Shown one piece after another: positions 35,011 to 43,916 of a DNA stretch of 64,000 nt. Every line of letters begins with the position of its first letter. Position 1 is the first letter of the stretch. The stretch is taken from the IMG/VR virus record IMGVR_UViG_3300029705_006930, one strand, 5' to 3'. Origin of the DNA: a virus (lineage: Duplodnaviria; Heunggongvirae; Uroviricota; Caudoviricetes). The notes under the pieces were generated by a model that saw nothing but the letters and a program-made list of their open reading frames with translations, ran no database searches and had not been told where the DNA came from. Position numbers and translations under genes: made by a program.

Positions 35011-35412
35011 ATGAGCTCCTGGACACATATTGTTGCAGCAATGGCGGTTAATACATATGAGCGGAAAGACGATATTGCTGCTTATGTTCGTCACATTATG
35101 CGCGACGCTCCTAAAATTACAGGTAGTGAAAGTGATGCTGACATTTTTGTAGTCGAAAGACCGGGCCATGATATTGGCTGCTATCCTGATTGTGGACGGT
35201 GTCCATATGAAAATAGTGAAGGATGTAATCCACCTGAAGAATATGTATGCAAGAATGGGCATTATACAACTACGGTAATCATTACTGTTTTTGGTAATTT
35301 AAGAGACCGTCTAAAAGACCGTACCAAGCAAGAATATAAGGAGTTCAAAAAATATATCAAACAGCAAGGATGGTCTATTGAATATCAAACTTGCAATATT
35401 GAAGGATGGTAA
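35011..35412 (+). CDS. hypothetical protein
   Basis: 133-aa ORF. Confidence 0.4.
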   Translation: MSSWTHIVAAMAVNTYERKDDIAAYVRHIMRDAPKITGSESDADIFVVERPGHDIGCYPDCGRCPYENSEGCNPPEEYVCKNGHYTTTVIITVFGNLRDRLKDRTKQEYKEFKKYIKQQGWSIEYQTCNIEGW

Positions 35413-35413
35413 T

Positions 35414-35770
35414 ATGATAACACGAGAGAAATCTGTAGCAGAACTTTATCCTAACCTTGATGCTATTTGGACTGTTATGGTTATGGAAAAAGTAGAAAAA
35501 GATAAAGTTACTGGGCTAATTGATACTGGTTGTACAGTTGTTTGGGGCTGGTATAAAAATTACGAAGATGCTAAGCGAGCTGTAATAAATAATATTACTG
35601 ACATTTGGGAAGGTATTTATCACTATGCAGTCGTCCAGCGCATCACAGAAGGTATCATTCCTGTACCTCTTGATGAGGAGCACTGGTTTAAATATAATCG
35701 TTACACTCATCAGTACGATGAGATTAAAACGCCCGACCTTGGGCACTGTATGATTAGGTCAATAGGATAA
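35414..35770 (+). CDS. hypothetical protein
   Basis: Internal ATG adjacent to upstream stop. Confidence 0.4.
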   Translation: MITREKSVAELYPNLDAIWTVMVMEKVEKDKVTGLIDTGCTVVWGWYKNYEDAKRAVINNITDIWEGIYHYAVVQRITEGIIPVPLDEEHWFKYNRYTHQYDEIKTPDLGHCMIRSIG

Positions 35771-35776
35771 ACGGAG

Positions 35777-36598
35777 GTGAATCCAATGATAGATTGTAAA
35801 TTTAATGTTGAAAGACGACTTCAGCATCTTGCTGATTATGTAAAGGTAAATGACTTGACGGATAAAAAGCTTGCAGTTTTGCAGGTGGGAGATAATCCAG
35901 CTTCTAATTCTTACATAAAAGGCAAGAAAAAAGATGCGGACAAAGTAGGAATAACAGTACATCATATTAAATACGAGAACGACATCACGACTGATAAAAT
36001 TATTGAAGATATCAAACAGCTCAATAATAATGATGATGTGCTGGGCATTATTGTTCAGATGCCAATTCCAGAACATCTGGACAAAGAAAAGATTATTTCA
36101 ACTATTATTGACAATAAAGACGTTGACGGTTTTAAAAAGACAAGTCCATTCTTGCCATGCACACCGCTTGGTATTATATCAATTTTGGACGACATTAAGT
36201 ATGATGTTAAAGGCAGGACTGTATGCATTTTAGGACAGGGTCATGTGGGACGACCATTGACTCAGCTTCTGATGGATAGAGGGGCAACAATTGTTAGCTG
36301 TAATAGCAAGACACCTTTGCTGCAACGCAATTGTTATATGCGAACAAGTGATGTCCTTATTAGTGCAGTTGGACGCAAAGATTTGGTATTGCCAGGTAAT
36401 TTTTGGGATATGTTTTCTCAACGTTATGAATTTCCAGAAGTAATGATTGATGTTGGCATTAATCGCGATGAAAATGGTAAATTGTGCGGAGACTTTAGCC
36501 CAGAACTTTATGATTATGTAGAGAAAATTACTCCAGTGCCAGGTGGAGTCGGTCTTTATACAAGAGTCTCACTGCTTGAGAACACTATATATAAATAA
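35777..36598 (+). CDS. folD: bifunctional methylenetetrahydrofolate dehydrogenase/cyclohydrolase (FolD)
   Basis: LQVGDNPASNSYIKGKKK; DVDGF; LPCTPLGII; GQGHVGRP motifs typical of FolD. Confidence 0.65.
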   Translation: MNPMIDCKFNVERRLQHLADYVKVNDLTDKKLAVLQVGDNPASNSYIKGKKKDADKVGITVHHIKYENDITTDKIIEDIKQLNNNDDVLGIIVQMPIPEHLDKEKIISTIIDNKDVDGFKKTSPFLPCTPLGIISILDDIKYDVKGRTVCILGQGHVGRPLTQLLMDRGATIVSCNSKTPLLQRNCYMRTSDVLISAVGRKDLVLPGNFWDMFSQRYEFPEVMIDVGINRDENGKLCGDFSPELYDYVEKITPVPGGVGLYTRVSLLENTIYK

Positions 36599-36613
36599 GT
36601 ATATAAAGGGGGA

Positions 36614-36811
36614 ATGTCAATGAGTGTAATGCAGTGTAAAAATCCAAACTGCAACATTGAATTTGAAGCTGGAAATAATTCAAGAAATACTAAATATTGT
36701 GAACGCTGCAGAAAAGAGATGCGGGATGCATATATGAAACAGTATCGTGCAACCCATCGACAGAAGAATATTGAGTATCAAAAACTGTATCGACGACATG
36801 CGGCACTTTAA
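36614..36811 (+). CDS. small zinc-finger protein
   Basis: AAAGGGGGAATGTCAATG RBS; CKNPNC...CERC. Confidence 0.4.
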   Translation: MSMSVMQCKNPNCNIEFEAGNNSRNTKYCERCRKEMRDAYMKQYRATHRQKNIEYQKLYRRHAAL

Positions 36812-36876
36812 TTTGTTCTTGCAAAGAAAGTATGAAAAGAGTACTATGGAAGTAAGAACAGAAATGAGGTGTAGTT

Positions 36877-37770
36877 ATGATATTTGATTGGATTTTGGCA
36901 ACTGGGTTGGGAGCAGCATTGTTTGGCAAGACAATCAGTGAACAAGCTAATAAAAAAATAATCATGCAATCACAAATTGATAAGGAAAAGAAAATTGCAG
37001 ATGCTAAAGCCAGTTTGAAAGATGAATACATTAAGACATTTCATCATTATTGGTCTCATCCAGAATTGGCACCAGTTTATTTAGGCCGCTATTTTGTTAG
37101 AGCAACAACTAAGGAAGAAATATGTGAAATTCTGAATAAAGAACTCAAAGATTTTATTCTAAGTTATGCAAAAGGCAACCATAAAAATTGTGTTGTGGAT
37201 TCAGTATTGTATCCTGAAAATACATCAGCTATTTATATTTTAGAATCTATGCCTTTGATTATGACCAAAGAAGAACAAGAAAGAATCTTACAAGAAACCA
37301 ATTACAATCCTCCTGCATTAAGACGCAGAGATTTTCTAACGCCAGATTTTTTTTCAGAAGAATATCCAGATGATATCATTATAGATATGAATGAATATTG
37401 TTATTATGGAGCACAGCCTTGGAAATATATGAAATTTACCACAGGTTCACCATATGCTATGTATCATCAAAAGCACTGTATAAAAACAAAAATATATTTA
37501 CAGCATGAAAATGACCCCAAGTTTCGCCGGGCGGCCAATGGGTTAGGCAGAATGCCTCTTACACCAGAAGAAATGAGAACGCCTAAAGATATAAAACGGT
37601 CATATCCATACAATAGAAATAATCAAGAAGAACGCAAGTTTTACGCTGTTGCTCTTACAGATGAATATTATCGTTTAAAAGGGGAAACTATATCGATAGC
37701 TGACCTGAAACTACTATTGCGTTATGCAAATATTAGTGAGGAATATCAGAAACAACACATTATTTGGTAA
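36877..37770 (+). CDS. hypothetical protein
   Basis: 297-aa ORF. Confidence 0.45.
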   Translation: MIFDWILATGLGAALFGKTISEQANKKIIMQSQIDKEKKIADAKASLKDEYIKTFHHYWSHPELAPVYLGRYFVRATTKEEICEILNKELKDFILSYAKGNHKNCVVDSVLYPENTSAIYILESMPLIMTKEEQERILQETNYNPPALRRRDFLTPDFFSEEYPDDIIIDMNEYCYYGAQPWKYMKFTTGSPYAMYHQKHCIKTKIYLQHENDPKFRRAANGLGRMPLTPEEMRTPKDIKRSYPYNRNNQEERKFYAVALTDEYYRLKGETISIADLKLLLRYANISEEYQKQHIIW

Positions 37771-37905
37771 ACATTTCCAGTTGAAATTGGATAATTTAGG
37801 AAGATAATTAGAATATACAATGCTGGCAGTATCGTAAATAATTTTAACAACTATTGGTTGTGAGGTTTTATCACACAGCCTTCTAAAATTATGAGGTGAG
37901 CCAAA

Positions 37906-38322
37906 ATGTGTATTCTAATTATTATTTTTCTATTGAATTTTGGCAGTAAAAGGTATAATATTAGTTATACAATAACAACTAATGGTTGTAAAATTTCTAT
38001 GAAAGGAAAACACAATATGCCGAAATACTGTCTCAAAGATGTTTTTGCATCAATTACAGGTTGCATAAATGCAAACAATAAAAATTCAGCCACCAGTTGT
38101 TTATTGCGAGTCTTATTATTTTGTAATGAAGATTGTTGTGTAGAATTATATATTGATAATATAATTTATAATTCAGCTTCATACATAGAAAATGAGCATT
38201 TAATATTTACAGCAGGTAAAATGAATCAATTAAAAATATTTAAAATAAATAAATTTGAAACTAAAGGCGACAAAATATTTCTACAGGTAAACGATAATAC
38301 CGATATTATAATTTGCACATAA
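37906..38322 (+). CDS. hypothetical Cys-rich protein in very AT-rich island
   Basis: TGAGGTGAGCCAAAATG RBS; strongly AT-rich relative to surroundings. Confidence 0.35.
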   Translation: MCILIIIFLLNFGSKRYNISYTITTNGCKISMKGKHNMPKYCLKDVFASITGCINANNKNSATSCLLRVLLFCNEDCCVELYIDNIIYNSASYIENEHLIFTAGKMNQLKIFKINKFETKGDKIFLQVNDNTDIIICT

Positions 38323-38420
38323 ATTATTTAAAAAAGTTCTTCGGAACTTTTTAAAAACCTATTATCAAAAGATGGTTTGTGTGTTATTATTATAGTAGAA
38401 AACAGGAAAGGAGAAAGTGT

Positions 38421-38861
38421 ATGGGATTTAAGTTTATACCTACAACAACAATTCCAAAGTCGGGCGAAATTCGGCTTGGATATGTAAATGCAGATAATGG
38501 CAACCATAAATATACTGGTATCAGACCATATTTGATTGTATCAAACAATGTGTACAATAACACATCAAACCACGCGGAAGTAATTCCTTTTACAACACGT
38601 AGATTTGACAGTAAAAATCCTGTACACATTCAGTTTCCAAAGGGTGAAGTTAAAGGCTTAAATGAAAATTCAACATTAGTAATTGAAGGCCGCACAACTC
38701 TGCCACATAACCAATTAACCGAACCAATTGGTTATTTCAATAGTGATAATTGGAAGAAGGCTGCGACTGGTCTTCTGTATCAGAATCCTCATATTAAATA
38801 TGCCTTTGATGAAGGAGTGCACAATACATTATTTTTTAATCATTTATTGACTGCTAAATAA
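38421..38861 (+). CDS. MazF/PemK-family endoribonuclease toxin-like protein
   Basis: AAAGGAGAAAGTGTATG RBS; GEIRLGYV...GIRPYLIVSNNVYNNTSNHAEVIPFTTRR matches the PemK/MazF core pattern. Confidence 0.5.
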   Translation: MGFKFIPTTTIPKSGEIRLGYVNADNGNHKYTGIRPYLIVSNNVYNNTSNHAEVIPFTTRRFDSKNPVHIQFPKGEVKGLNENSTLVIEGRTTLPHNQLTEPIGYFNSDNWKKAATGLLYQNPHIKYAFDEGVHNTLFFNHLLTAK

Positions 38862-38891
38862 AACGACATCACCATATTTCATCTTGAAAAA

Positions 38892-38919
38892 TTTACATAT
38901 TATTGTTATTATGTAAATT
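38892..38919. promoter_or_regulatory. perfect inverted repeat ATTTACATA-N10-TATGTAAAT (operator-like)
   Basis: 9-bp perfect arms, 20 nt upstream of the 38939 start codon. Confidence 0.4.
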
Positions 38920-38938
38920 ATAAGATGAGGTGAAATAC

Positions 38939-39931
38939 ATGGATTATACTCGATTAATTGATGAATTTTTAGATGCAGTTGCAAGAAATGAAAATCCAAA
39001 ACAGCATTATAATTATATAAAAGTATTTTCTATCATTAAGAACTATGTTATTGAGAAAAATAAAAGCCTGGAAGAAATGAACCTAAAAGAGCTGGATGAA
39101 TTATTTTTCACTCGCTTCACAGGCAGAGCAGATAGTATCAAGCGCATAGTCACTTATTGTCGTCGATATATAAGATGGCTGCAAACAACGGGCCATTTAT
39201 CTTTTAGGGACGCTGAAAGTCATATTTTATTTGACTTAAGATATTATAATACAAGTTATATTACATCACATAAATTGTATCGTGCAGCTAAATTAAGCAG
39301 TGTGTTTTTTAGTACCGAAGAATATGTTGATTATATGTCTACTGTTTTCGATGAAAAATTAACACAAGGCGACAACACTCGTTATTATACCGATATCGCA
39401 GTTTTTTATTTAAGCTGGTTGGGATTTACAATTGATGAAATGCTGAAATTGAAGAAAAATGATTTTGATTTTTCATCGCGAACTATTGCCGGCAAATATA
39501 TCTCTGATGAGCGAATGCTTACCTTTTTAAACAAGTATAACCAATCTGATACTTATGAAAAATTACGCAAAGGCCATAATTTCACAACAGAAGAATATGT
39601 TTATAATGAATATGAGTTTTTAAAAGGGAAAACGACAGCTTTAAATGAGATGGCCATTTATAACATATTCCGAACAACACGACAACGTATCAATGAATTT
39701 AACAGGGATAATATAGATAATCAAATTGAAAATAAAGTTGATTTCAACAATATTAAAAAATCTGCACTGTTTGAATATATTTATACAGTCCAGAAGATTT
39801 CATATTTTGAAACAACAACTTCTGGTGTTGCTCTTTTCGCTTCGTTTATTAAAGATGAAATACCGACAAGTGCAATTATGCCGTTAATTGAAGATTATAA
39901 TCTATGGGTAGAAATTAGAGGCTCGCTGTAA
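38939..39931 (+). CDS. hypothetical protein
   Basis: GAGG RBS then ATG; 330 aa; stop embedded in GCTCGC-TGTAAA-GGCGAGC hairpin. Confidence 0.45.
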   Translation: MDYTRLIDEFLDAVARNENPKQHYNYIKVFSIIKNYVIEKNKSLEEMNLKELDELFFTRFTGRADSIKRIVTYCRRYIRWLQTTGHLSFRDAESHILFDLRYYNTSYITSHKLYRAAKLSSVFFSTEEYVDYMSTVFDEKLTQGDNTRYYTDIAVFYLSWLGFTIDEMLKLKKNDFDFSSRTIAGKYISDERMLTFLNKYNQSDTYEKLRKGHNFTTEEYVYNEYEFLKGKTTALNEMAIYNIFRTTRQRINEFNRDNIDNQIENKVDFNNIKKSALFEYIYTVQKISYFETTTSGVALFASFIKDEIPTSAIMPLIEDYNLWVEIRGSL

Positions 39932-39954
39932 AGGCGAGCTTCTAAATCACTCAA

Positions 39955-40031
39955 ATAACATACAAACCATCTTTTAATATAGGTTATGTATGTTCTTTTT
40001 TAAAACTTGTATAACATACAAATCATCTTGG
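39955..40031 (+). promoter_or_regulatory. two copies of the ATAACATACAAA(T/C)CATCTT motif (same as 11953-12080)
   Basis: Copies at 39955-39975 and 40011-40031 with a partial inverted copy GGTTATGTATGTT between them. Confidence 0.4.
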
Positions 40032-40207
40032 GAAAAGGGGCTGACAATATGAAATGAACCATAAGAAGAGGAAGACGATTTTCCTCATGTATTTTATGTA
40101 CGTTTTTAATTTTAATATTTTCAATTTGTCCCACAGTTAATGCTTACGCATACAATGAGGGCACAAATTCAGATGTATATTCATTATATGGCAATTTTGA
40201 TATCAAG

Positions 40208-40738
40208 TTGAAGAAATATGCTTATTTGCAATGTCGACAAAATAATTTGTCATACTCCATGTTTTTAGCAGTCGTATACAACGAAAGCAGATTTCAGACA
40301 GATGCCGTGCACATAAATCAAAATGGTTCGATAGATAGAGGATTGTGTCAGATTAATGATGCTTGTTTTGACTTTTTATATAACAAGGGTGTTTTGAATT
40401 CAAAAGAAGAATTATTTAATCCTTATATAAATATCGACTGTTATATAGCACTGATGAAGTATCACAAAACGTATACAAGAGACGATAGCAAGGCATTACT
40501 TAGATATCAGGTAGGCGAAGGTAAATATCGCCGTAAATATAATGAAGGCACACTGACTAACCCAACACATCAAAGGGTTTTAGATTTGGAATTAAAATAT
40601 CGTACATATTTAAATTCTCTTTCAGCACAGTTAGAACTTCAGAATGTTATTACAACACCTTATTTGTTGAATGATTATCCGGAGTTAAATCGATTGTTGC
40701 TTTTTAAAATATATGACACACATAACATACTAATTTGA
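40208..40738 (+). CDS. lytic transglycosylase (SLT domain); N-terminus probably extends upstream via a frameshift
   Basis: NESRFQTDAVHINQNGSIDRGLCQIND matches the SLT catalytic region. ORF track uses TTG at 40208. In-frame upstream sequence encodes a signal-peptide-like stretch with no start codon; ATG at 40054 is in the +1 frame. Confidence 0.55.
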   Translation: MKKYAYLQCRQNNLSYSMFLAVVYNESRFQTDAVHINQNGSIDRGLCQINDACFDFLYNKGVLNSKEELFNPYINIDCYIALMKYHKTYTRDDSKALLRYQVGEGKYRRKYNEGTLTNPTHQRVLDLELKYRTYLNSLSAQLELQNVITTPYLLNDYPELNRLLLFKIYDTHNILI

Positions 40739-40756
40739 AGGGATAGGTGACACAAA

Positions 40757-40945
40757 ATGTTAACAGGAAAAGTATATTGCGCTAATTGTGGTAAAGAACT
40801 CACAGAAATTGAAATAATGAATATGCAGCCAATGCAAATAACATTTCCTTTTGGAACTGAACATGATAGTGAGAATTTTACATTTAGTTTTTGCCATACT
40901 TGTTTAGACCATTTTGCTGATACATATTGTTCAATACCTAATTAA
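40757..40945 (+). CDS. small zinc-ribbon protein
   Basis: GGGATAGGTGACACAAAATG; CANCG...CHTC. Confidence 0.4.
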   Translation: MLTGKVYCANCGKELTEIEIMNMQPMQITFPFGTEHDSENFTFSFCHTCLDHFADTYCSIPN

Positions 40946-41006
40946 TTTACTCTTTGTTTTTTCGGCAAAAGCCTGAAAATAAATATTTTAAATGAAAAGG
41001 AGATTT

Positions 41007-42227
41007 ATGGAAACAAGATTTAGTTTTACCGGGAAACTTGTATTCCCAAAAGAAGGCTCTAAACAGCCTTTTGTGGTGTCCTCATCATACAAAGATGCTG
41101 GCTCACAGAAAGAAATTCCATCTTTGCGAATGAATGTCGGCATCCGCGAAGGTGAAGCAAATACTGCTTATATCAGTGCGTTTGGTTCAGCAGATAATGG
41201 CAGAGATATTTTCTCAATAGACAAAGACAATAACAAGATTTCGGTTGCTTGGAAAGACCGATTTGATGCAGATGTTATTGAATCTGTAGCTTCTTATCGT
41301 CTTTATACTGTTGACTTAGCTGACCCAGAACAGAAGGCAGATTTGCGAGAAGCACTTAAAACCGATGACTATTCTATTGTGTCTGAAAAATATGGTGTAA
41401 CAAATAAAGATGGTGCTGATGCAATGCTTAAAGCTTTGCAGTCAGAACGTAAACAGTTTATTACTTCATATGATTTTATTGAATACCTGTCAAAAGAACT
41501 TCCTAAATGCAAACACAAAGTAACTGCAACAGGTCGAGTACGTAAAAGATTTTATAAGGACAGATATTCTGATAATTTTGAAGTTACAGCTATTTATGCT
41601 GTAACCAATGACACAAAAGAAAAACTGAGTCTCACAATGGACTTGTACTACAACAAAGATTGTGTTGATGCAACTGACCTGGAAACTGAAAAACGTATTT
41701 ATGTAAACGGTTATGTGCAGCAGTACATCAATAAAGATGAGGGTAACAAAATGATGCCTCAGCAGGCAATTCTTGATTTGTCAAAGTATCAGCTTGAAAC
41801 AAACCCGCGACATAAACAGTTGGCTGACTATAAACGTAGCTATCTTGAAGGCTTAGACGAAGAATATGTACATATGAATTGGGAAGTGCGCTATCTCAAT
41901 GGTGCAGATGTGGTTGAGTTTACAAAAGATTTGCTTACTCCGGCACAGCTTGCTCAGGTGGAACTTGGCATAAAAAATGTGGAAGATTTTAAACCACGCG
42001 GAAACATTTTTGGTGAACGAGTTGTCGAATATCGTCTTGCTGACCCAAAACTTATGGGTGATTTTGCTGATGGTTTGGTAAAAACAGGTGAGTATCCAAA
42101 TGAATTTGAAGCTCAGATTTATGTTCCTAACAAGACAGTAAATATTGAAGCAGAAGTTGCAAAAGTTACAGCACCTAAAGAAACTAAAAAAGCAATTGAC
42201 GAAATCAGTGAAGAAGACCTCTTTTAA
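41007..42227 (+). CDS. putative ssDNA-binding/recombination protein of the replication module
   Basis: AAAAGGAG RBS; N-terminus METRFSFTGKLVFPKEG resembles gp2.5-like phage SSB N-termini. Precedes phage-type AAA ATPase; assignment tentative. Confidence 0.3.
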   Translation: METRFSFTGKLVFPKEGSKQPFVVSSSYKDAGSQKEIPSLRMNVGIREGEANTAYISAFGSADNGRDIFSIDKDNNKISVAWKDRFDADVIESVASYRLYTVDLADPEQKADLREALKTDDYSIVSEKYGVTNKDGADAMLKALQSERKQFITSYDFIEYLSKELPKCKHKVTATGRVRKRFYKDRYSDNFEVTAIYAVTNDTKEKLSLTMDLYYNKDCVDATDLETEKRIYVNGYVQQYINKDEGNKMMPQQAILDLSKYQLETNPRHKQLADYKRSYLEGLDEEYVHMNWEVRYLNGADVVEFTKDLLTPAQLAQVELGIKNVEDFKPRGNIFGERVVEYRLADPKLMGDFADGLVKTGEYPNEFEAQIYVPNKTVNIEAEVAKVTAPKETKKAIDEISEEDLF

Positions 42228-42238
42228 GGAGAAAGTAA

Positions 42239-43393
42239 ATGGGATTTGGTAAAAAGAACAGAGTGGACTTGAATCCGCTTCATTATAATATAGGCCTTTT
42301 GGGTGAAGGTGGTATCGGTAAAACTACATTGTTTAAAGAAGTTTGTGAAACTCTTGCGCCAGAAGTAAATGGTGCAAGCGGATATCTTCATTTGGACATT
42401 GGTAAAGAGGATGGTTCAGAAGCGCTCGAAGGTCTTAATTCAGAAAAGGTTCGTAATTGGGCAAAATTTGCAGCAGTTGTAGATGATATTGTAAAGAATA
42501 AATATACTGACCCTGATTATGCCAATTTGCAAACAGTTATTGTGGATACATGGGATGAACTTATTAAAATTACAGAACCTGAAGTAATCCGTTTACACAA
42601 TAAAGAAAATCCAGATAAACCTAAAATTACTTCTATTAAACAGGCATATGGTGGATTCTCTGGTGGCCCGGATAAAGTAACTGAGCTCATTTTGGATAAA
42701 CTTTGGGAACTTAAAGAAGTTGATGTGCACTTTATGACAATTATCCACACAAAATCTAAGGAAGTAGATGACCCTGTTACTGGTGCATCATATTCAATTC
42801 TGACATCAGATACTACTCAGAGATATTTCAATGCTCTGAAAAATAAACTGCATTTCCTTGGTGTTGCTTATGTCGACAGAACCATTGTCAAGGAAAAAAC
42901 TGGCAAGAAAGATATTATGACTAAGAAGGATATTGAACGTAGTATTGTAACAGATGAAAAGCGTGTAATTAAATTCAGAGATAATAACTATAGTGTGGAT
43001 GCAAAATCACGTTTTGCAGAAATTACAGATAGTGTACCTTTTGATAAAGATGAATTCATTAAAGCTATCCAGGATGCAATCCTTGCTGAAAGTGCAAAAG
43101 GTAATCGTACAGAAGAAGAAAATAAAAAGCTACAGAAGGAAGCAGACGCAAAGAAAACAGAACAGGCAAAATCATATGCAAAATCTAAGGTGGAAGCTGA
43201 AGACTATGCTGAAAAATCCAATGAATATATTGCATATATCAAAGACAATTTCACCAAATGTACTGCTGCAACCAAAGCAGAAGTAAAAGCAACTATGGCT
43301 GAATACAACTTTGAAAAATTTACTGATGACAATATTCCGCTTGAGGCATTGGAAAAGATTACCAATATTATTTCAGCTTCATTGAAAGGTTAA
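42239..43393 (+). CDS. AAA-family ATPase (phage nucleotide-binding protein, RecA-like P-loop)
   Basis: Walker A LLGEGGIGKTT; Walker B-like TVIVDTWDE. Confidence 0.55.
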   Translation: MGFGKKNRVDLNPLHYNIGLLGEGGIGKTTLFKEVCETLAPEVNGASGYLHLDIGKEDGSEALEGLNSEKVRNWAKFAAVVDDIVKNKYTDPDYANLQTVIVDTWDELIKITEPEVIRLHNKENPDKPKITSIKQAYGGFSGGPDKVTELILDKLWELKEVDVHFMTIIHTKSKEVDDPVTGASYSILTSDTTQRYFNALKNKLHFLGVAYVDRTIVKEKTGKKDIMTKKDIERSIVTDEKRVIKFRDNNYSVDAKSRFAEITDSVPFDKDEFIKAIQDAILAESAKGNRTEEENKKLQKEADAKKTEQAKSYAKSKVEAEDYAEKSNEYIAYIKDNFTKCTAATKAEVKATMAEYNFEKFTDDNIPLEALEKITNIISASLKG

Positions 43394-43397
43394 AAGA

Positions 43398-43916
43398 ATG
43401 GCAAGAATAGTTACTTGTGCTGTGACAAAAGAAAAAGGAACCAGTGATGTTTTTTATAAGGCGGACAATGGAAAATGGTATAAGAGCGAATCTGTATTTC
43501 GTCAGTTTCAGAAAGATAAACACACCAGAGAAACTATTCAACGTGTTTTACTTACATATCTTGGATATCAGAAAGGAGAGCCATTTCCGGCTCTCCTCAA
43601 CAAAAAGATAAAAGAATATTCTTTTTATTCACCAGAAGTATTGCTTGAAACAATTACAAAGTGTGAAAAAGACATTACATGGGCATTCAATAATAAAGAA
43701 TTTTCTTCTACACAAGGCAAAATATTTTATATGTTTGCAATCATTTCAAATCATATCAGTGATGTGAATAGACAAAACAATAAAGTGAATGAGCTAAGAA
43801 ATAAACAAACTCAAAAACACATCGATACCATCCAAGAAATGGACATTTCAACCATCGGCACATCAAAAAAAGGTAAAGATATTACGGATTTCTTGGAGGA
43901 TGATTTATGGAATTAG
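43398..43916 (+). CDS. hypothetical protein
   Basis: 172-aa ORF. Confidence 0.4.
   Translation: MARIVTCAVTKEKGTSDVFYKADNGKWYKSESVFRQFQKDKHTRETIQRVLLTYLGYQKGEPFPALLNKKIKEYSFYSPEVLLETITKCEKDITWAFNNKEFSSTQGKIFYMFAIISNHISDVNRQNNKVNELRNKQTQKHIDTIQEMDISTIGTSKKGKDITDFLEDDLWN

Noticed and set aside
42993-43286. 97-aa alternative-frame ORF inside the AAA ATPase gene
   Set aside because: Lys/Gln-rich translation of the +1 frame of a Glu/Lys-rich coding segment, with no RBS.
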